DNA of 64,000 nucleotides from Cyanobacteriota bacterium (GCA_033764955.1 JANRIL010000041.1:58408-122407); one strand, 5' to 3'; counted from the stretch's first letter, positions 6,983-18,378 are shown. Made by a program: numbers and translations. Notes: generated by a model not told the origin, from the letters alone.

Positions 6983-8383
6983 ATGCTCCATCCTTCAGCC
7001 CCACGCCAACCGGCGGATCCCCCTTCGCCCCCTTTGGACAATTTAGGCAAGGGATCCCCTGTGCATCTTTTCTGGTCGAGCGGATCCCGCTTCTGGGGGC
7101 TGGGGCTACTGATCAGTGGCGGGATCCTGTTGGGGGTGTGGCGGCAGCCCTTGGGTTTGGTGCAGGCTGCGGATCCCAAAAATATAGAGGCGGCAGATAG
7201 AGAGGCTGTGGGGATGGCGGTGGCAACCCTCTCGATAGAACCTGTCACCACTCATGCAGTGGAGCGGGTTTATACAGGGGAGGTGATAGCCCGCCGTACC
7301 AGTGATCTGGGGTTTGAGCGAGGGGGAGAACGGGTGAGCGTTTTGGTAGAGGAGGGGGATGTTGTGGAAGCGGGATCCCCCCTGGCTCGTCTAGATACCC
7401 GTAAGTTGCAGGCGGAAAAAGCCCAAGTCATGGCTCAACAAGCCCGTGCCCAAGCTCAGCTAGCGGAATTGCAAGCAGGCCCCCGTCAGGAGGTGATCGC
7501 AGCAGCAGCAGCAGCGGTTCAGGATCTAGCTCAGCAGCGGGATCTTGCGGAGACCAAGCGGTTACGTCGTCAAGAGCTTTATGCCGCCGGAGCGATTTCT
7601 CGCGAACAGTTGGATGAACTGGCTTTTGAAACCCGCGCTTTGGAAGCTCGCTGGCAGGCCGCCTCGCAGGAGTTAACCGAGTTAAAAGCAGGCACTCGCC
7701 CCGAACAAATTGCCGCCCAGTCGGCAGCCGTTCAACAACTGGCGGCCAGTCTGAGCCGTGTGGAGGTAGATATCAGCCAAAGTACCCTGACGGCTCCCTT
7801 TGCTGGACGGATCACCCAGCGGTTTGTGGATGAAGGTACCGTCCTTGGATCGGGCCAGCCTGTCCTGCGATTGGTGGAGGTGGGATCCTTGGAGGCTCGG
7901 ATTGGTGTGCCCAGTCAAGCCACCACCGCCCTCAGCATAGGCTCTACCCAGACCGTGTGGGTGGGGGAGACTGCTTATCCCGCTCAGGTGAGTGCCCTCT
8001 TGCCGGAGGTAAATCCTACCACCCGTACCCTTCCGGTCATTCTCCGGCTACCCGATTCCCTAGGGATCCCTTCCGGTCAAACCGCCCGCCTATCCCTGAC
8101 GGAGACGGTAGAGATGGCTGGCTTTTGGTTGCCAACTACCGCTTTGGTTCCGGGCACCCGTGGACTCTGGTCAGCCTACACCGTAGAGGCAGGCACGGCA
8201 GGCTCACAGGGCGATTTTCAAATCAAGCGACAGGATCTAGAAATTTTGCATACAGAAGGGGAGAAGGTGTTGGTGCGAGGCACCTTACAAGCCGGAGATC
8301 AGGTAGTAGCAACCGGAGTCCAACGGTTAGTACCTGGACAATCGGTGATCCCGCAGCCAACAACATGGCTCAGCTTGCCGTAA
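6983..8383 (+). CDS. RND efflux periplasmic adaptor (membrane fusion protein)
   Basis: GGAGG SD; N-terminal TM; lipoyl-like VEEGDVV..G.PL and APFAG; long coiled coil. Confidence 0.92.
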   Translation: MLHPSAPRQPADPPSPPLDNLGKGSPVHLFWSSGSRFWGLGLLISGGILLGVWRQPLGLVQAADPKNIEAADREAVGMAVATLSIEPVTTHAVERVYTGEVIARRTSDLGFERGGERVSVLVEEGDVVEAGSPLARLDTRKLQAEKAQVMAQQARAQAQLAELQAGPRQEVIAAAAAAVQDLAQQRDLAETKRLRRQELYAAGAISREQLDELAFETRALEARWQAASQELTELKAGTRPEQIAAQSAAVQQLAASLSRVEVDISQSTLTAPFAGRITQRFVDEGTVLGSGQPVLRLVEVGSLEARIGVPSQATTALSIGSTQTVWVGETAYPAQVSALLPEVNPTTRTLPVILRLPDSLGIPSGQTARLSLTETVEMAGFWLPTTALVPGTRGLWSAYTVEAGTAGSQGDFQIKRQDLEILHTEGEKVLVRGTLQAGDQVVATGVQRLVPGQSVIPQPTTWLSLP

Positions 8384-8615
8384 TTCTATCGTGCGACTAT
8401 CAATGCTTGGTTTTATCTAACACAAAATAGGCGAACCAAGAGCCATCAAAAATGCTGTCATCATTGACCAAATAGAAATAGAATCCGGCCACTTAAATTA
8501 GGACTTTGGTCAGACGCAAATCTGTAATTGAAGAGACTAAATTAGAGTCACCTCTAAATAGTTCAAAAAATCAGTTACCCCAACCAAACACTAACCTTGC
8601 TTAGGAGAATGGATC

Positions 8616-9017
8616 ATGGTTGTTGTCTCAGTTACTCGTCTAAAAATTCGCTCTCCACTTTTTTTGATTCCTTTCATGATCTCGGCCATTCAGTCGAGTC
8701 AACAGGCGAAACGGGCTGCTGGAAATCTCTCCGCAGCCACCCGTAAAGATCAGGGTCTCGTCTTTTGGACACTGACCACCTGGGATAGCGAAGCGTCGAT
8801 GCGGCACTACATTCGGGCGGGATCCCATGGGAAGGCGATGGCGAAATTGGCGGAATGGTGTGATGAGGCCAGTCTTGTGCATTGGCTACAGGAGCCGGAT
8901 CAGCCTGTGAACTGGCAGATTGCCTCAGAACGGATGCTCAAGGAGGCGCACTTTAGTCGGGTTAAATATCCTTCTGTTGATCACCAACAACGACGGATCC
9001 CGACCCCTCAGTTTTAA
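8616..9017 (+). CDS. DUF3291-like (dimeric alpha-beta barrel) protein
   Basis: AGGAG SD; SVTRL, FWTLT.W.SE..MR.Y..G.H..AM.KL..WCDEA. Confidence 0.7.
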   Translation: MVVVSVTRLKIRSPLFLIPFMISAIQSSQQAKRAAGNLSAATRKDQGLVFWTLTTWDSEASMRHYIRAGSHGKAMAKLAEWCDEASLVHWLQEPDQPVNWQIASERMLKEAHFSRVKYPSVDHQQRRIPTPQF

Positions 9018-9134
9018 GTTGGCTTGAAGTTTATTGACTAATATTGATCGCTCAATTCTTGGCCAAGACCCGTTATATCCCTACTGGCGTTGTCTTGGTC
9101 ATTGACCCTTTTTTCTCAAACCCTATTCCGAAGT

Positions 9135-12100
9135 ATGTTTACCCTTTTTTATCGCAACCTGCGCTTATTGATTTTAACTCTGATCCTGATTGGGGTTTGG
9201 GGATCCACCGCTTTCTTCAGCTTGCCCCGTTTGGAAGATCCCGAATTGACGGCTCGTAATGCGGTGGTGACAACATTGTTGCCGGGGGCCAGTGCCGAAC
9301 GGGTGGAAACATTACTAACAGACAAAATTGAACAAGCCCTTTTAGAAATGGAAGAAATTGACACGATAGAATCCACCTCCCGCTTGGGAATTTCGATTGT
9401 ACAAATTGAGTTAAACGATGATGTCAATCCTGTCGATAATGCCTGGTCACGCATTCGAGATCAAATTTCCGATACCATACCTTTCCTGCCCCCCTCCGCC
9501 AGCGATCCCGAATTTGAAATCAGCACCGTCGGAGCTAATGCCCTGATTGTCGGCTTAACTTGGGATCCCCCCCATCCCGTCAATAATGCCGTGCTGCGAC
9601 GACAGGCGGAGGCTTTGCAATCGCGCCTGCGCGGGATCCCTGGCACAGCGGAAGTAGAGTTATTTGGGGATCCTGAGGAAGAAATTGGGGTAGAAATCCA
9701 GCCCAGCCAGCTAGCCCGCCTCGGTCTGACCCCCCAGCAGTTGGCGGCACAGATAGCGGCTAGTGATGCCAAAGTCACCGCCGGACAACTGCGTAGCCCC
9801 ACCAGCCAGTTGCTTGTGGAGGTGCAAGGAGAATTAGACTCACTGGAGCGGATCCGGCAAATTCCGATTCGGTTTGGCTCTGGAGAACAATTTGCTCGCC
9901 TGGGCGACATCGCTCAGGTAGAAAAAACGGTACGGGATCCCCTTTCGGAGCTGGCGCTGTTCTCAGGGAAAAGGGGGATTGGGGTGGCAGCCAAAACCGT
10001 ATCGGGAGCACGGGTGGATGACTGGGCGGTAGAGGTTCGGCAACAACTGGAGGATTTTCAGACCCAACTTCCCTCTGGCATCAACGTGCAGGTGATTTTA
10101 GATCAAAGTCGGTATGTTGAAGCCCGTCTTAACTCCGTGATCAGCAACTTGCTGGTGGGGGCACTGCTGGTGATTGGGGTCACGCTGTTCATGATGGGCT
10201 GGCGGTCAGCTCTGATGGTTGGCTCAGCTCTGCCCCTCTCGGCGCTCATGGTGTTTGGCAGCATGAAATGGCTGGGGATCCCGCTCCACCAAATTTCGGT
10301 GACAGGCATCATCATTGCCTTGGGTCTGCTGATTGATAACGCCATCATCATCGTGGATGAAGTACAAACCCGCCTCCAATCCGGCTGGGATCCCGGTCAC
10401 GCGGTTCATCACACAACCCAGCGGATGGCCGTGCCCTTGCTCAGTTCTACCCTGACCACAGTTCTGGCCTTTATGCCGATTGCCCTAGCACCGGGGGGAG
10501 TGGGGGAGTTTACCGGAACCATTGGCGTGACGGTAATTTTAGCCCTGACCAGTTCCCTGATTTTATCGCTGACGGTGATCCCGGCTCTGGTGGGGCACTT
10601 CCAGCCTTCCCAACCCCTTAGCCAGTCAGCTTGGTGGCAGGTGGGGTTCAGCAATGGGGGGCTAACGCGCCTCTATCGCCGATCGATTGCCTACTTTTTG
10701 GCGAGACCTTGGTGGGGAATTGGACTGGGGTTGGTGCTGCCTCTGGCCGGATTTATGGTAGCTCCCCAACTGCCACAACAGTTTTTCCCCCCCGCTGGAC
10801 GAGATCAGTTTTATATCGAGCTGGCTCTGCCCATCCAAACCTCTATCACTGAAACCCAGGCGGTAGTTGCCCAAGCCACCTCGCTTATCACAGCCCACCC
10901 CGCCATTAGCGATGTGGCCTGGTTTATCGGCAATGCTGCTCCTCGCTTCTACTACAACGTGATTGGCGGATCGGAAAATTCGCCCAACTATGCCCAGGCG
11001 CTCGTTCAACTGCACCAGGGATCCCCCAGCCCCACTCTCCTGCAAACCGTTCAAGATGAATTGGATCAGACTTTTCCAGCGGCACAGTTCTTAGTTCGGC
11101 AGTTGGAGCAAGGACCACCCTTTGCCGCCCCCGTTGAAATGCGTCTCTACGGCTCCGATCTGGAGGAGTTGCAACGGTTAGGGGAGCAGGTGCGAGCTGT
11201 CCTGGCTGGGATCCCGGCGGTGATACATACCCGTGCCAGCCTGACGGAAGCCCTACCTACCCTCGGCCTCGCTCTTGACGACGAACAAACCGGACTGGTG
11301 GGATTGAACAAAACCACGATTGCCCAACAGCTCGCAGCCACCCTAGAAGGGGCGGTGGGCGGCTCAATCCTGGAGGGAACAGAGGAGATTCCGGTGCGGG
11401 TAAGGGGATCCCAAGTACAACGGGCGGATTTGGCTGCCATCACCTCCTTAGATTTGGTTGGTGCCCAGCAACAAACTCTTCCTCTCAACAGTTTGGGGCA
11501 GATTCGCCTCACTCCCGATCCGGCTGTGATTGCTCGGCGGCAGGGGGAACGGGTCAACACGATACAAGCCTTCCTCACAGCAGGTATTTTGCCCTCGACG
11601 GTCTTAGCCGAGTTGCAAACCCGCTTGAGCCAAATCAACTGGCTATTGCCCCCCGGCTATCGCTATGAGTTTGGGGGGGAAAGTGATGCGCGGGGAACCT
11701 CCATCGCTAATCTCCTCTCCACGGTGGGGGTGCTGTCGGTGCTGATGGTGGCAACTTTGGTGCTTTCCTTCAATTCCTTTTGGATGGCGGGATTGATCGG
11801 CATTATTGCGGCTTGTGCGATGGGACTGGGCTTGGGGGCACTGTTTCTCTCCGGCTATCCCTTCGGGTTTACGGCAATTTTGGGGACGTTAGGGTTAGTG
11901 GGTCTGGCGATTAACGATTCGATTGTGGTGCTATCGGCGCTGCAGGAGGATCCCGCCGCCCGTCACCGGGATCCCACCGCCATGTTGGGGGTGGTGATGC
12001 ACTGCACCCGCCATGTGATAGCCACCACCGTCACCACCCTAGTTGGCTTCACTCCCCTCCTGTTTGATGCCACAGGATTTTGGCCGCCTCTCGCCATCTG

Positions 12101-12239
12101 CATTGCGGGCGGATTGGGGGGAACAACCCTGATGGCGCTTTACGTCGTTCCCTGCGTTTATCTATTGCTGGGACGCCCTTCGTTGCTGCCACCCGAAGCT
12201 AGCCATTCTCCGCCCACTTATTCCTCCCTCAGCCGTTAG
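9135..12239 (+). CDS. RND efflux permease (AcrB/AcrD/AcrF family)
   Basis: LPRLEDP, LPGASAERVE, ALGLLIDNAI, TT..GF.PL; about 1030 aa, multi-TM. Confidence 0.95.
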   Translation: MFTLFYRNLRLLILTLILIGVWGSTAFFSLPRLEDPELTARNAVVTTLLPGASAERVETLLTDKIEQALLEMEEIDTIESTSRLGISIVQIELNDDVNPVDNAWSRIRDQISDTIPFLPPSASDPEFEISTVGANALIVGLTWDPPHPVNNAVLRRQAEALQSRLRGIPGTAEVELFGDPEEEIGVEIQPSQLARLGLTPQQLAAQIAASDAKVTAGQLRSPTSQLLVEVQGELDSLERIRQIPIRFGSGEQFARLGDIAQVEKTVRDPLSELALFSGKRGIGVAAKTVSGARVDDWAVEVRQQLEDFQTQLPSGINVQVILDQSRYVEARLNSVISNLLVGALLVIGVTLFMMGWRSALMVGSALPLSALMVFGSMKWLGIPLHQISVTGIIIALGLLIDNAIIIVDEVQTRLQSGWDPGHAVHHTTQRMAVPLLSSTLTTVLAFMPIALAPGGVGEFTGTIGVTVILALTSSLILSLTVIPALVGHFQPSQPLSQSAWWQVGFSNGGLTRLYRRSIAYFLARPWWGIGLGLVLPLAGFMVAPQLPQQFFPPAGRDQFYIELALPIQTSITETQAVVAQATSLITAHPAISDVAWFIGNAAPRFYYNVIGGSENSPNYAQALVQLHQGSPSPTLLQTVQDELDQTFPAAQFLVRQLEQGPPFAAPVEMRLYGSDLEELQRLGEQVRAVLAGIPAVIHTRASLTEALPTLGLALDDEQTGLVGLNKTTIAQQLAATLEGAVGGSILEGTEEIPVRVRGSQVQRADLAAITSLDLVGAQQQTLPLNSLGQIRLTPDPAVIARRQGERVNTIQAFLTAGILPSTVLAELQTRLSQINWLLPPGYRYEFGGESDARGTSIANLLSTVGVLSVLMVATLVLSFNSFWMAGLIGIIAACAMGLGLGALFLSGYPFGFTAILGTLGLVGLAINDSIVVLSALQEDPAARHRDPTAMLGVVMHCTRHVIATTVTTLVGFTPLLFDATGFWPPLAICIAGGLGGTTLMALYVVPCVYLLLGRPSLLPPEASHSPPTYSSLSR

Positions 12240-12715
12240 GTGCTTTTGAATTGTGAACTTGAGACGAGACTTTTCCGTGCCAATAAAGAAGCAATAAATG
12301 GCTAGGGAAAATACAGAGAAACTCGATCGGGAGGGATCGATTACTGGTATTCATACGTCCGCTGTTGTTGAGTAGTGCATCAACCCGTTGTCCATAAATC
12401 CCGTGCAATTACGCTCCTCAATTGAGGGTTTCTCCCCGATACTAAGAGCGATACATATTACTCTAAAAAAGGTTATTATGGGTATCGCATCCCAGGCTCA
12501 GTTGCTCGCACGGATGTTAGGGTCAGCATTTAATCTGGGAGATCTCTCCGAATTACGGCTCCATTTTCAGGATGGTCAAGCAGTGGAGTGGGTTGCTTCC
12601 GGCAAGCAGAAGCTTTCCTCCGGTCAGTCTGAGCCATCCCCAGCCAATCGAGCCAGGTAGGATTCCTCTTGGGCTGCATGACTGTCTTACCGCATCTCAC
12701 CCACTAGAGCTGGTT

Positions 12716-14497
12716 ATGAATCTCGAGAGCCGATTAGGGATCCCAGAGCCGTTGCGGAAAATGGAGCGACCCAAAACGGAGATCAGCCTACGAGAACTAG
12801 ACGACAACCAGTTACGGGGCAGCTTAGGTAGCCTGGTTTTGAACAAAGCCACCTGGAGTCACTTCAGTCTTAATGAAACCAGCCGCTTGTTGCGACCTCT
12901 GCAAATCTCACCGGAATTAACCGGAACCACCATTCTCACCCAAGGAGCCACGGCAGAAATCACCTACAAATTCCCTTTGAATGGGGGACGGATCGGCACG
13001 ATGACGGGCATGATTTCCATCGAAGACTTTCGTGGAGATCGGCTAGGGGATATTTATCAGCAACTCAATATTCGACAAATTATTGATGGCTTTACCCAAA
13101 CCATTGTCATTCAAATCATTGATCATCTCAGACCCATTTTTGCTAGAGAAAATGATGCTTTGCTTTGGCAGGAATCTGTCATCTTTCTTCCCAAAGATAT
13201 CAGACAACATGAGTTCCTGATTCGGGGGCTGCGACCGGAGGGGATCCCCAGAAGTTTTGCCCCCCATTTAGAAAGTATTTATCGCTTGATCATCTCAGTT
13301 TGTCCGATCTTTCCTAATGTTGCGTTTCAGCTTTGTTTGCGTACCTATTTAGAATACAACGCTATCCCCAATCAAGAATTACTAGCTCTCCTACTCAGTA
13401 AATATTTTTATACCGTTTTTCGTTTGCAAGGATTGCACCAAGAGTCCTCCATTTATGTGGGTTCGGCTCTGCTGGGATCCCCGACTTCCCAGTCCCGTTT
13501 ACGCACACTTTCGGGTTTGATGACCATCGATAATGATAGCGAGGCTACCCTTCTAGATGGAGGAGGAATTGGTCGAGGGGGGGGCGGCAGCTATTTTTCG
13601 GGAGAGCAGGAATTTAGCGAACAGGGAGAACTGATCACTGCTGAAGAATTTGCCCGTCTTCGTCAAGATGCCCAACAGGCGCGTAGTCAGGCGGAAGAAG
13701 CAACCCAGTTAGTGGCACGTTACCAAGAAGAAGAAAAGCAGGAACTTCTCAAGCGGTTAAGCGATCCCGATCGCTTTTTAGCGTTTAGTCTCAACCAATT
13801 TTTTGATGATATTTTTACCAACATGCCCCAAGGAATCCGCTCCGAGTCGGGCGTAGTTTGGATTCCAAAAACATCTTTGCTTGATGAACTCAAACGGGAG
13901 GAATTAACCCAGTATCTGCGACGGGTGACCAGCGAAAATTATCTTTTTCGCGTCACTTCTGCTGAGGCTCGCATTATTGGCTATTGGCGAACCCTGGCAG
14001 AACCTTTTTACAACCAGTGGGTTCTCAATCAATATAAACAACTTCAGGACTATAATATCAAGCTGGAAAGTGTCAGTATCAAGATGATTTCACGGGAACG
14101 TTTTGTGGAGGAGGTGGAGCTACGCTTTGCCTCACGACACATGGAGATCGTTAATCAGAACCTCAGTAAAATTGCCTCTGTTGTTGTAGAAAAATTGGCT
14201 CAAAGGGTGGCGATCAATACTTCTCAGCAAAGCTTTCAGGCGATGCGAGCCAAACTCAACAATGTGCTGGATATGGAAATTTCCCGCAGTGATGTGAAAG
14301 AAGCGAAAAAGCTGATTGATATCTTTGAAGAAGTCTTTATGGGCAAAAAGGAACAGCACCGATCTCCTTATCCGGTGGGAACCATTTTGGAGGTCTATCG
14401 AGATTTACGTGGTCGCTACAAAGATGGCCGCACTTTAGTGGGCATGGAAATTTTATCGCAAATTTATCAGGAATATATGGCCAAAAGTCAGAGCTAG
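12716..14497 (+). CDS. Hypothetical protein with central Gly-rich hinge and coiled coil (start may be 12572)
   Basis: Long stop-free ORF with globular-like composition; no family recognised. Confidence 0.75.
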   Translation: MNLESRLGIPEPLRKMERPKTEISLRELDDNQLRGSLGSLVLNKATWSHFSLNETSRLLRPLQISPELTGTTILTQGATAEITYKFPLNGGRIGTMTGMISIEDFRGDRLGDIYQQLNIRQIIDGFTQTIVIQIIDHLRPIFARENDALLWQESVIFLPKDIRQHEFLIRGLRPEGIPRSFAPHLESIYRLIISVCPIFPNVAFQLCLRTYLEYNAIPNQELLALLLSKYFYTVFRLQGLHQESSIYVGSALLGSPTSQSRLRTLSGLMTIDNDSEATLLDGGGIGRGGGGSYFSGEQEFSEQGELITAEEFARLRQDAQQARSQAEEATQLVARYQEEEKQELLKRLSDPDRFLAFSLNQFFDDIFTNMPQGIRSESGVVWIPKTSLLDELKREELTQYLRRVTSENYLFRVTSAEARIIGYWRTLAEPFYNQWVLNQYKQLQDYNIKLESVSIKMISRERFVEEVELRFASRHMEIVNQNLSKIASVVVEKLAQRVAINTSQQSFQAMRAKLNNVLDMEISRSDVKEAKKLIDIFEEVFMGKKEQHRSPYPVGTILEVYRDLRGRYKDGRTLVGMEILSQIYQEYMAKSQS

Positions 14498-14741
14498 CAA
14501 CCCCTTCCATTCATCTTTATATTCCCTCATCCACCACTCATTCCTACCGCCGAGCCGCGTTAGGGAACAGGATCGATCCCACTTGGGTTCTGGTCGAGCC
14601 ACCAGGTAGCCAAACTATGGGAGCAGAAGAACACAAAACTTTAGATTAAAATCTTAAGGTCAGGTAAAGGTTTATACGCAATCGTTGTCATTCCCCTAAA
14701 AGACTAAGTTAACCTCAATAGATACTTTGGGAGATAGGGGA

Positions 14742-15878
14742 ATGGGTAATTGGCGTTGGTGGCAACTACTGGGTTGGGTAGGGTTGGGAATGTTGGCGAG
14801 CTTGGGGGGGGTATGGTCGGATCCCCTTGCTGCTCAGGGCTACGCTCCCCCTTTTTTGCTCAGCCTGCGGCAGCAACCGACGGATTTTTCCCAATACTCC
14901 CTGGGATCCCCGTTTCAGACCCAGCGAGTTGTCATTCCTCCCCAGTTTGATAAGGCCAGAGGATTTTCAGAAGGGTTGGCGGCGGTCAACATCGACGGGC
15001 AATGGGGCTTTATCAATCGGGTGGGCGATAGAGTCATCCCCGCCACCTATGATTTCGTCTTGGACTTTTCGCAGGGGAAGGCGGCGGTTAGACGAGGAGA
15101 TCTGTGGGGCTACATCAACCCCCAAGGCCAAGAAGTGATCCCCTTGCGTTATCAACAGGCGGGGCGATTCTCGGAAGGGTTAGCGGCTATTCGCATCAAT
15201 AATCGAGCGGGTTATATCAACCTGCAAGGGCAAATGGTGATTGCCCCCCGTTTCGGAGTTGCCCAAGAATTTTCGCAGGGGTTGGGGTTGGTGCGTATCA
15301 AAAGAAAATGGGGCTATGTAGATAAAACGGGATTGCTAGCGATTCAACCTCAATTTGATGGAGGATCTGGTTTTTCGGAAGGGTTAGCGGTGATTCACCA
15401 AAATGGCAAATCGGGTTATATCAATCGTGGTGGGGAGGTGGTGATTCCGGCTATTTATGACGAGGCGCTCAGCTTTACGGAAGGTCTAGGGCTGGTCAAA
15501 ATTGGACAAAAATGGGGATTTGTCGATCCTACTGGTCAATTGGCCATTCAACCCCAATTTGATACAGCCTTTCGCTTTTCGGAGGGGCTGGCTTCCGTTG
15601 AAATGGCAGGCAAATCCTTCTATATTGATCCGCAAGGGGAGGTCGTTTTGAAATCACCCCTGGATTTAGGCTTTGGAGTCGCTCTGAATTTCTCCGAAAA
15701 CTGGGGAGCCATCGGCATTGGTGACAAATGGGGATATATCGATAAGCTGGGTAATTTGGTGATTCCTCCTCAATTTGATCGGGTGTCTTTTTTCTCCGAA
15801 GGGATGGCGGCTGTCAATATCAATAACAAATGGGGATATGTCAGCAAGCGACGGTTTATCCCCGAATTTGACCGTTAA
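14742..15878 (+). CDS. Secreted WG/KWG-repeat protein
   Basis: Signal peptide; about 8-9 repeats of FSEGLA.V...KWG(F/Y)ID..G. Confidence 0.92.
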   Translation: MGNWRWWQLLGWVGLGMLASLGGVWSDPLAAQGYAPPFLLSLRQQPTDFSQYSLGSPFQTQRVVIPPQFDKARGFSEGLAAVNIDGQWGFINRVGDRVIPATYDFVLDFSQGKAAVRRGDLWGYINPQGQEVIPLRYQQAGRFSEGLAAIRINNRAGYINLQGQMVIAPRFGVAQEFSQGLGLVRIKRKWGYVDKTGLLAIQPQFDGGSGFSEGLAVIHQNGKSGYINRGGEVVIPAIYDEALSFTEGLGLVKIGQKWGFVDPTGQLAIQPQFDTAFRFSEGLASVEMAGKSFYIDPQGEVVLKSPLDLGFGVALNFSENWGAIGIGDKWGYIDKLGNLVIPPQFDRVSFFSEGMAAVNINNKWGYVSKRRFIPEFDR

Positions 15879-16034
15879 TTTGGATCCTGAAAGTCGGCAG
15901 GTTTATCGTGTGGATAGCCTGGATCAATCAGCCACAACAAAACCAACCATTTGTTGAGATGTTGTTTTCGTACCAGGTTTTAACCACCAGAAACTTTCTA
16001 CGCATTGGTGTTATTGAGCATTTTCAACCCATGT

Positions 16035-18308
16035 TTAAGAATTTTGCTGTAGTCTTAGCACCAACGTAGAAAGAGGTGGCAAGCAAAGTTCTACTGAATA
16101 AGGCATGGCATGATAAGCCCAATCGTCAGACCATTTTCCCCCATAATTGCCACAACCTGTCCCCCAAAATTCAACGGCATCACTGTTGAGGAGTTCTTGA
16201 TAAAAGCCAGAGAGAGGCACACCAATTCGATAGTGGCTACGAATAACGGGAGCAAAGTTACAAACCACCACCACAAACTCCTCATGATTTTGACTCCACC
16301 TCAGAAAGGAAATAACCCCACTGTGGTCGCTACAGTCAATCCAACGAAAGCCTTCGGGGTTGATATCTTGGGCATACAAAGCGGGTTGGGATCTGAGTAG
16401 ATGATTGAGGGCTTTTACATACTTTTGTAGCTTGCGGTGGGGATCAAATTGCAAAAGATGCCATTCCAAGTCCCCCCAAACATCCCATTCTCGAGTCTGG
16501 GCAAACTCCATGCCCATAAACAGAGTTTTTTTGCCCGGATGACAAAACATATAGCCAAACAGACATCTGACACTAGCAAATTTCCCCCATTCATCTCCCG
16601 GCATTTTATAGATCATGCTGCTCTTGCCATGCACCACCTCATCATGGGAAAAGGCCAACATATAGTTTTCACTAAAGGCATACATGAGAGAAAAGGTCAC
16701 CAAATTTTGATGAAACTGACGGAACCACGGATCCATGTGGAAATAGTCGAGCATGTCGTGCATCCAACCCATGTTCCACTTGAGGTTAAAGCCCAACCCT
16801 CCCACATGCACAGGCCAGGTCACCATCGGCCAAGAGGTCGATTCTTCAGCAATCGATAATGTACCTGGAAAGTTTTTGAAGATTAAGGTGTTGAGTTGTC
16901 GGAAAAATTCGATGGCTTCAATATGCTCTCTGCCACCGTATTGGTTGGTCACCCATTCTCCGGGCTGGCGAGAATAATCCAGATAAAGGGTGGAGGCCAC
17001 GGCATCGACACGGATCCCATCAATGTGATATTTGTCAAACCAAAATAGGGCGTTGGCTACGAGATAATTGCGGACTTCATTTCGGCCATAATCAAAAATT
17101 AAGGTTCCCCAATCTTTATGCTCTCCCTTGCGGGGATCCGCATATTCGTAAAGGTGGCTGCCATCAAAGAAGGCTAGCCCATGTCCATCTTTGGGAAAAT
17201 GTCCAGGCACCCAATCTACGATGACCCCAATGCCTTCCTGGTGAGCGCGATCGATAAAGGTCATCAAATCCTGCGGGGATCCGTAGCGGGAGGTGGCGGC
17301 ATAATGCCCAATCACCTGATAACCCCACGATCCATCAAAGGGATGTTCGGCTACGGGCAGCAACTCGATGTGGGTAAACCCCAGCTCTTTGACATAGGGG
17401 ATGAGTTTATCCGCCAATTCGCGGTAGGTGAGGAAACGAGCCGAGGGCTTCTGTTCGGATACAGGTACAACAGCACCCGTTGCCTCCCCCTGCTCATCGA
17501 GGGGAGGGGCTTCGCTGGAGGCATGTAGCCAGGATCCCAGATGCACTTCATAAACTGAAATGGGGGAACGCAAGGGATCCCCTTGGGCACGCGCCTCCAT
17601 CCAGTCCTGATCCTGCCACTGATGGGTGCTGAGATTAGTGACAATGGATCCGGTGCGGGGTCTTACCTCCTGTTGAAAGCCATAGGGATCCGATTTTTCA
17701 TAGATATGCCCCTGCCAGTTTTTGATCTCATATTTATAAATGGCTCCGCTGGTCAGCCCCGGCAAAAACAATGCCCAAATGCCACTGTTTCCTAGCCGCC
17801 GCATTTGGTGCTGCCGTCCATCCCAACGGTTAAAGTCACCGATCAAGCTAACATTGCGGGCATTGGGTGCCCAAACCGCAAAATGCACCCCTGCTACCCC
17901 TGCCATATGAATAGGATGGGATCCCAATTTTTCATAGATCTGATGGTGGTTCCCCTCCCCAAACAGATGCAGATCCAGATCCCCCAAAAAATTGGGCGGA
18001 AATCGATAGGGATCCTCTAAAAGCTCCTGCTCATCCCAGATGCGCTCCACCCGAAACTGATAGTCCGGCAAGGGATCCGCCACTGTGATCTCATATAACC
18101 CAACTGGATGGATCAAGCTCATGGGTTGAGATTCCCCAGTCTTTCTATTCAGCCATTCCACCTGGCGACTGTTAGGGATGAGGGTACGGATGATCCACAC
18201 CACCGAGTCCGCTTGGGGATGGGCGTGAGGCCCCAAGATGAGAAAGGGATCCGTCTGTTGGTTGGTAACCAGACTCTCGACTTGCTCAGGGGTGAGGGGG
18301 GTTGACAT
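16035..18308 (-). CDS. glgB: 1,4-alpha-glucan branching enzyme
   Basis: FAVWAPNA, YEVHLGSW, DGIRVDAVAS, AEEST, SHDEVVHGK. Confidence 0.98.
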   Translation of the reverse strand: MSTPLTPEQVESLVTNQQTDPFLILGPHAHPQADSVVWIIRTLIPNSRQVEWLNRKTGESQPMSLIHPVGLYEITVADPLPDYQFRVERIWDEQELLEDPYRFPPNFLGDLDLHLFGEGNHHQIYEKLGSHPIHMAGVAGVHFAVWAPNARNVSLIGDFNRWDGRQHQMRRLGNSGIWALFLPGLTSGAIYKYEIKNWQGHIYEKSDPYGFQQEVRPRTGSIVTNLSTHQWQDQDWMEARAQGDPLRSPISVYEVHLGSWLHASSEAPPLDEQGEATGAVVPVSEQKPSARFLTYRELADKLIPYVKELGFTHIELLPVAEHPFDGSWGYQVIGHYAATSRYGSPQDLMTFIDRAHQEGIGVIVDWVPGHFPKDGHGLAFFDGSHLYEYADPRKGEHKDWGTLIFDYGRNEVRNYLVANALFWFDKYHIDGIRVDAVASTLYLDYSRQPGEWVTNQYGGREHIEAIEFFRQLNTLIFKNFPGTLSIAEESTSWPMVTWPVHVGGLGFNLKWNMGWMHDMLDYFHMDPWFRQFHQNLVTFSLMYAFSENYMLAFSHDEVVHGKSSMIYKMPGDEWGKFASVRCLFGYMFCHPGKKTLFMGMEFAQTREWDVWGDLEWHLLQFDPHRKLQKYVKALNHLLRSQPALYAQDINPEGFRWIDCSDHSGVISFLRWSQNHEEFVVVVCNFAPVIRSHYRIGVPLSGFYQELLNSDAVEFWGTGCGNYGGKWSDDWAYHAMPYSVELCLPPLSTLVLRLQQNS

Positions 18309-18378
18309 GAGGAAAACCAGACATGGGCTACTCTACTCAGGATATCGTTCTTAGGATCCCAACCCCTATCTCACCCCT

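Noticed and set aside
6944..12239. RND pump as the toxin secretion route
   Set aside because: The toxin has a Sec/SpII signal; AcrB-type pumps export small molecules; only proximity links them
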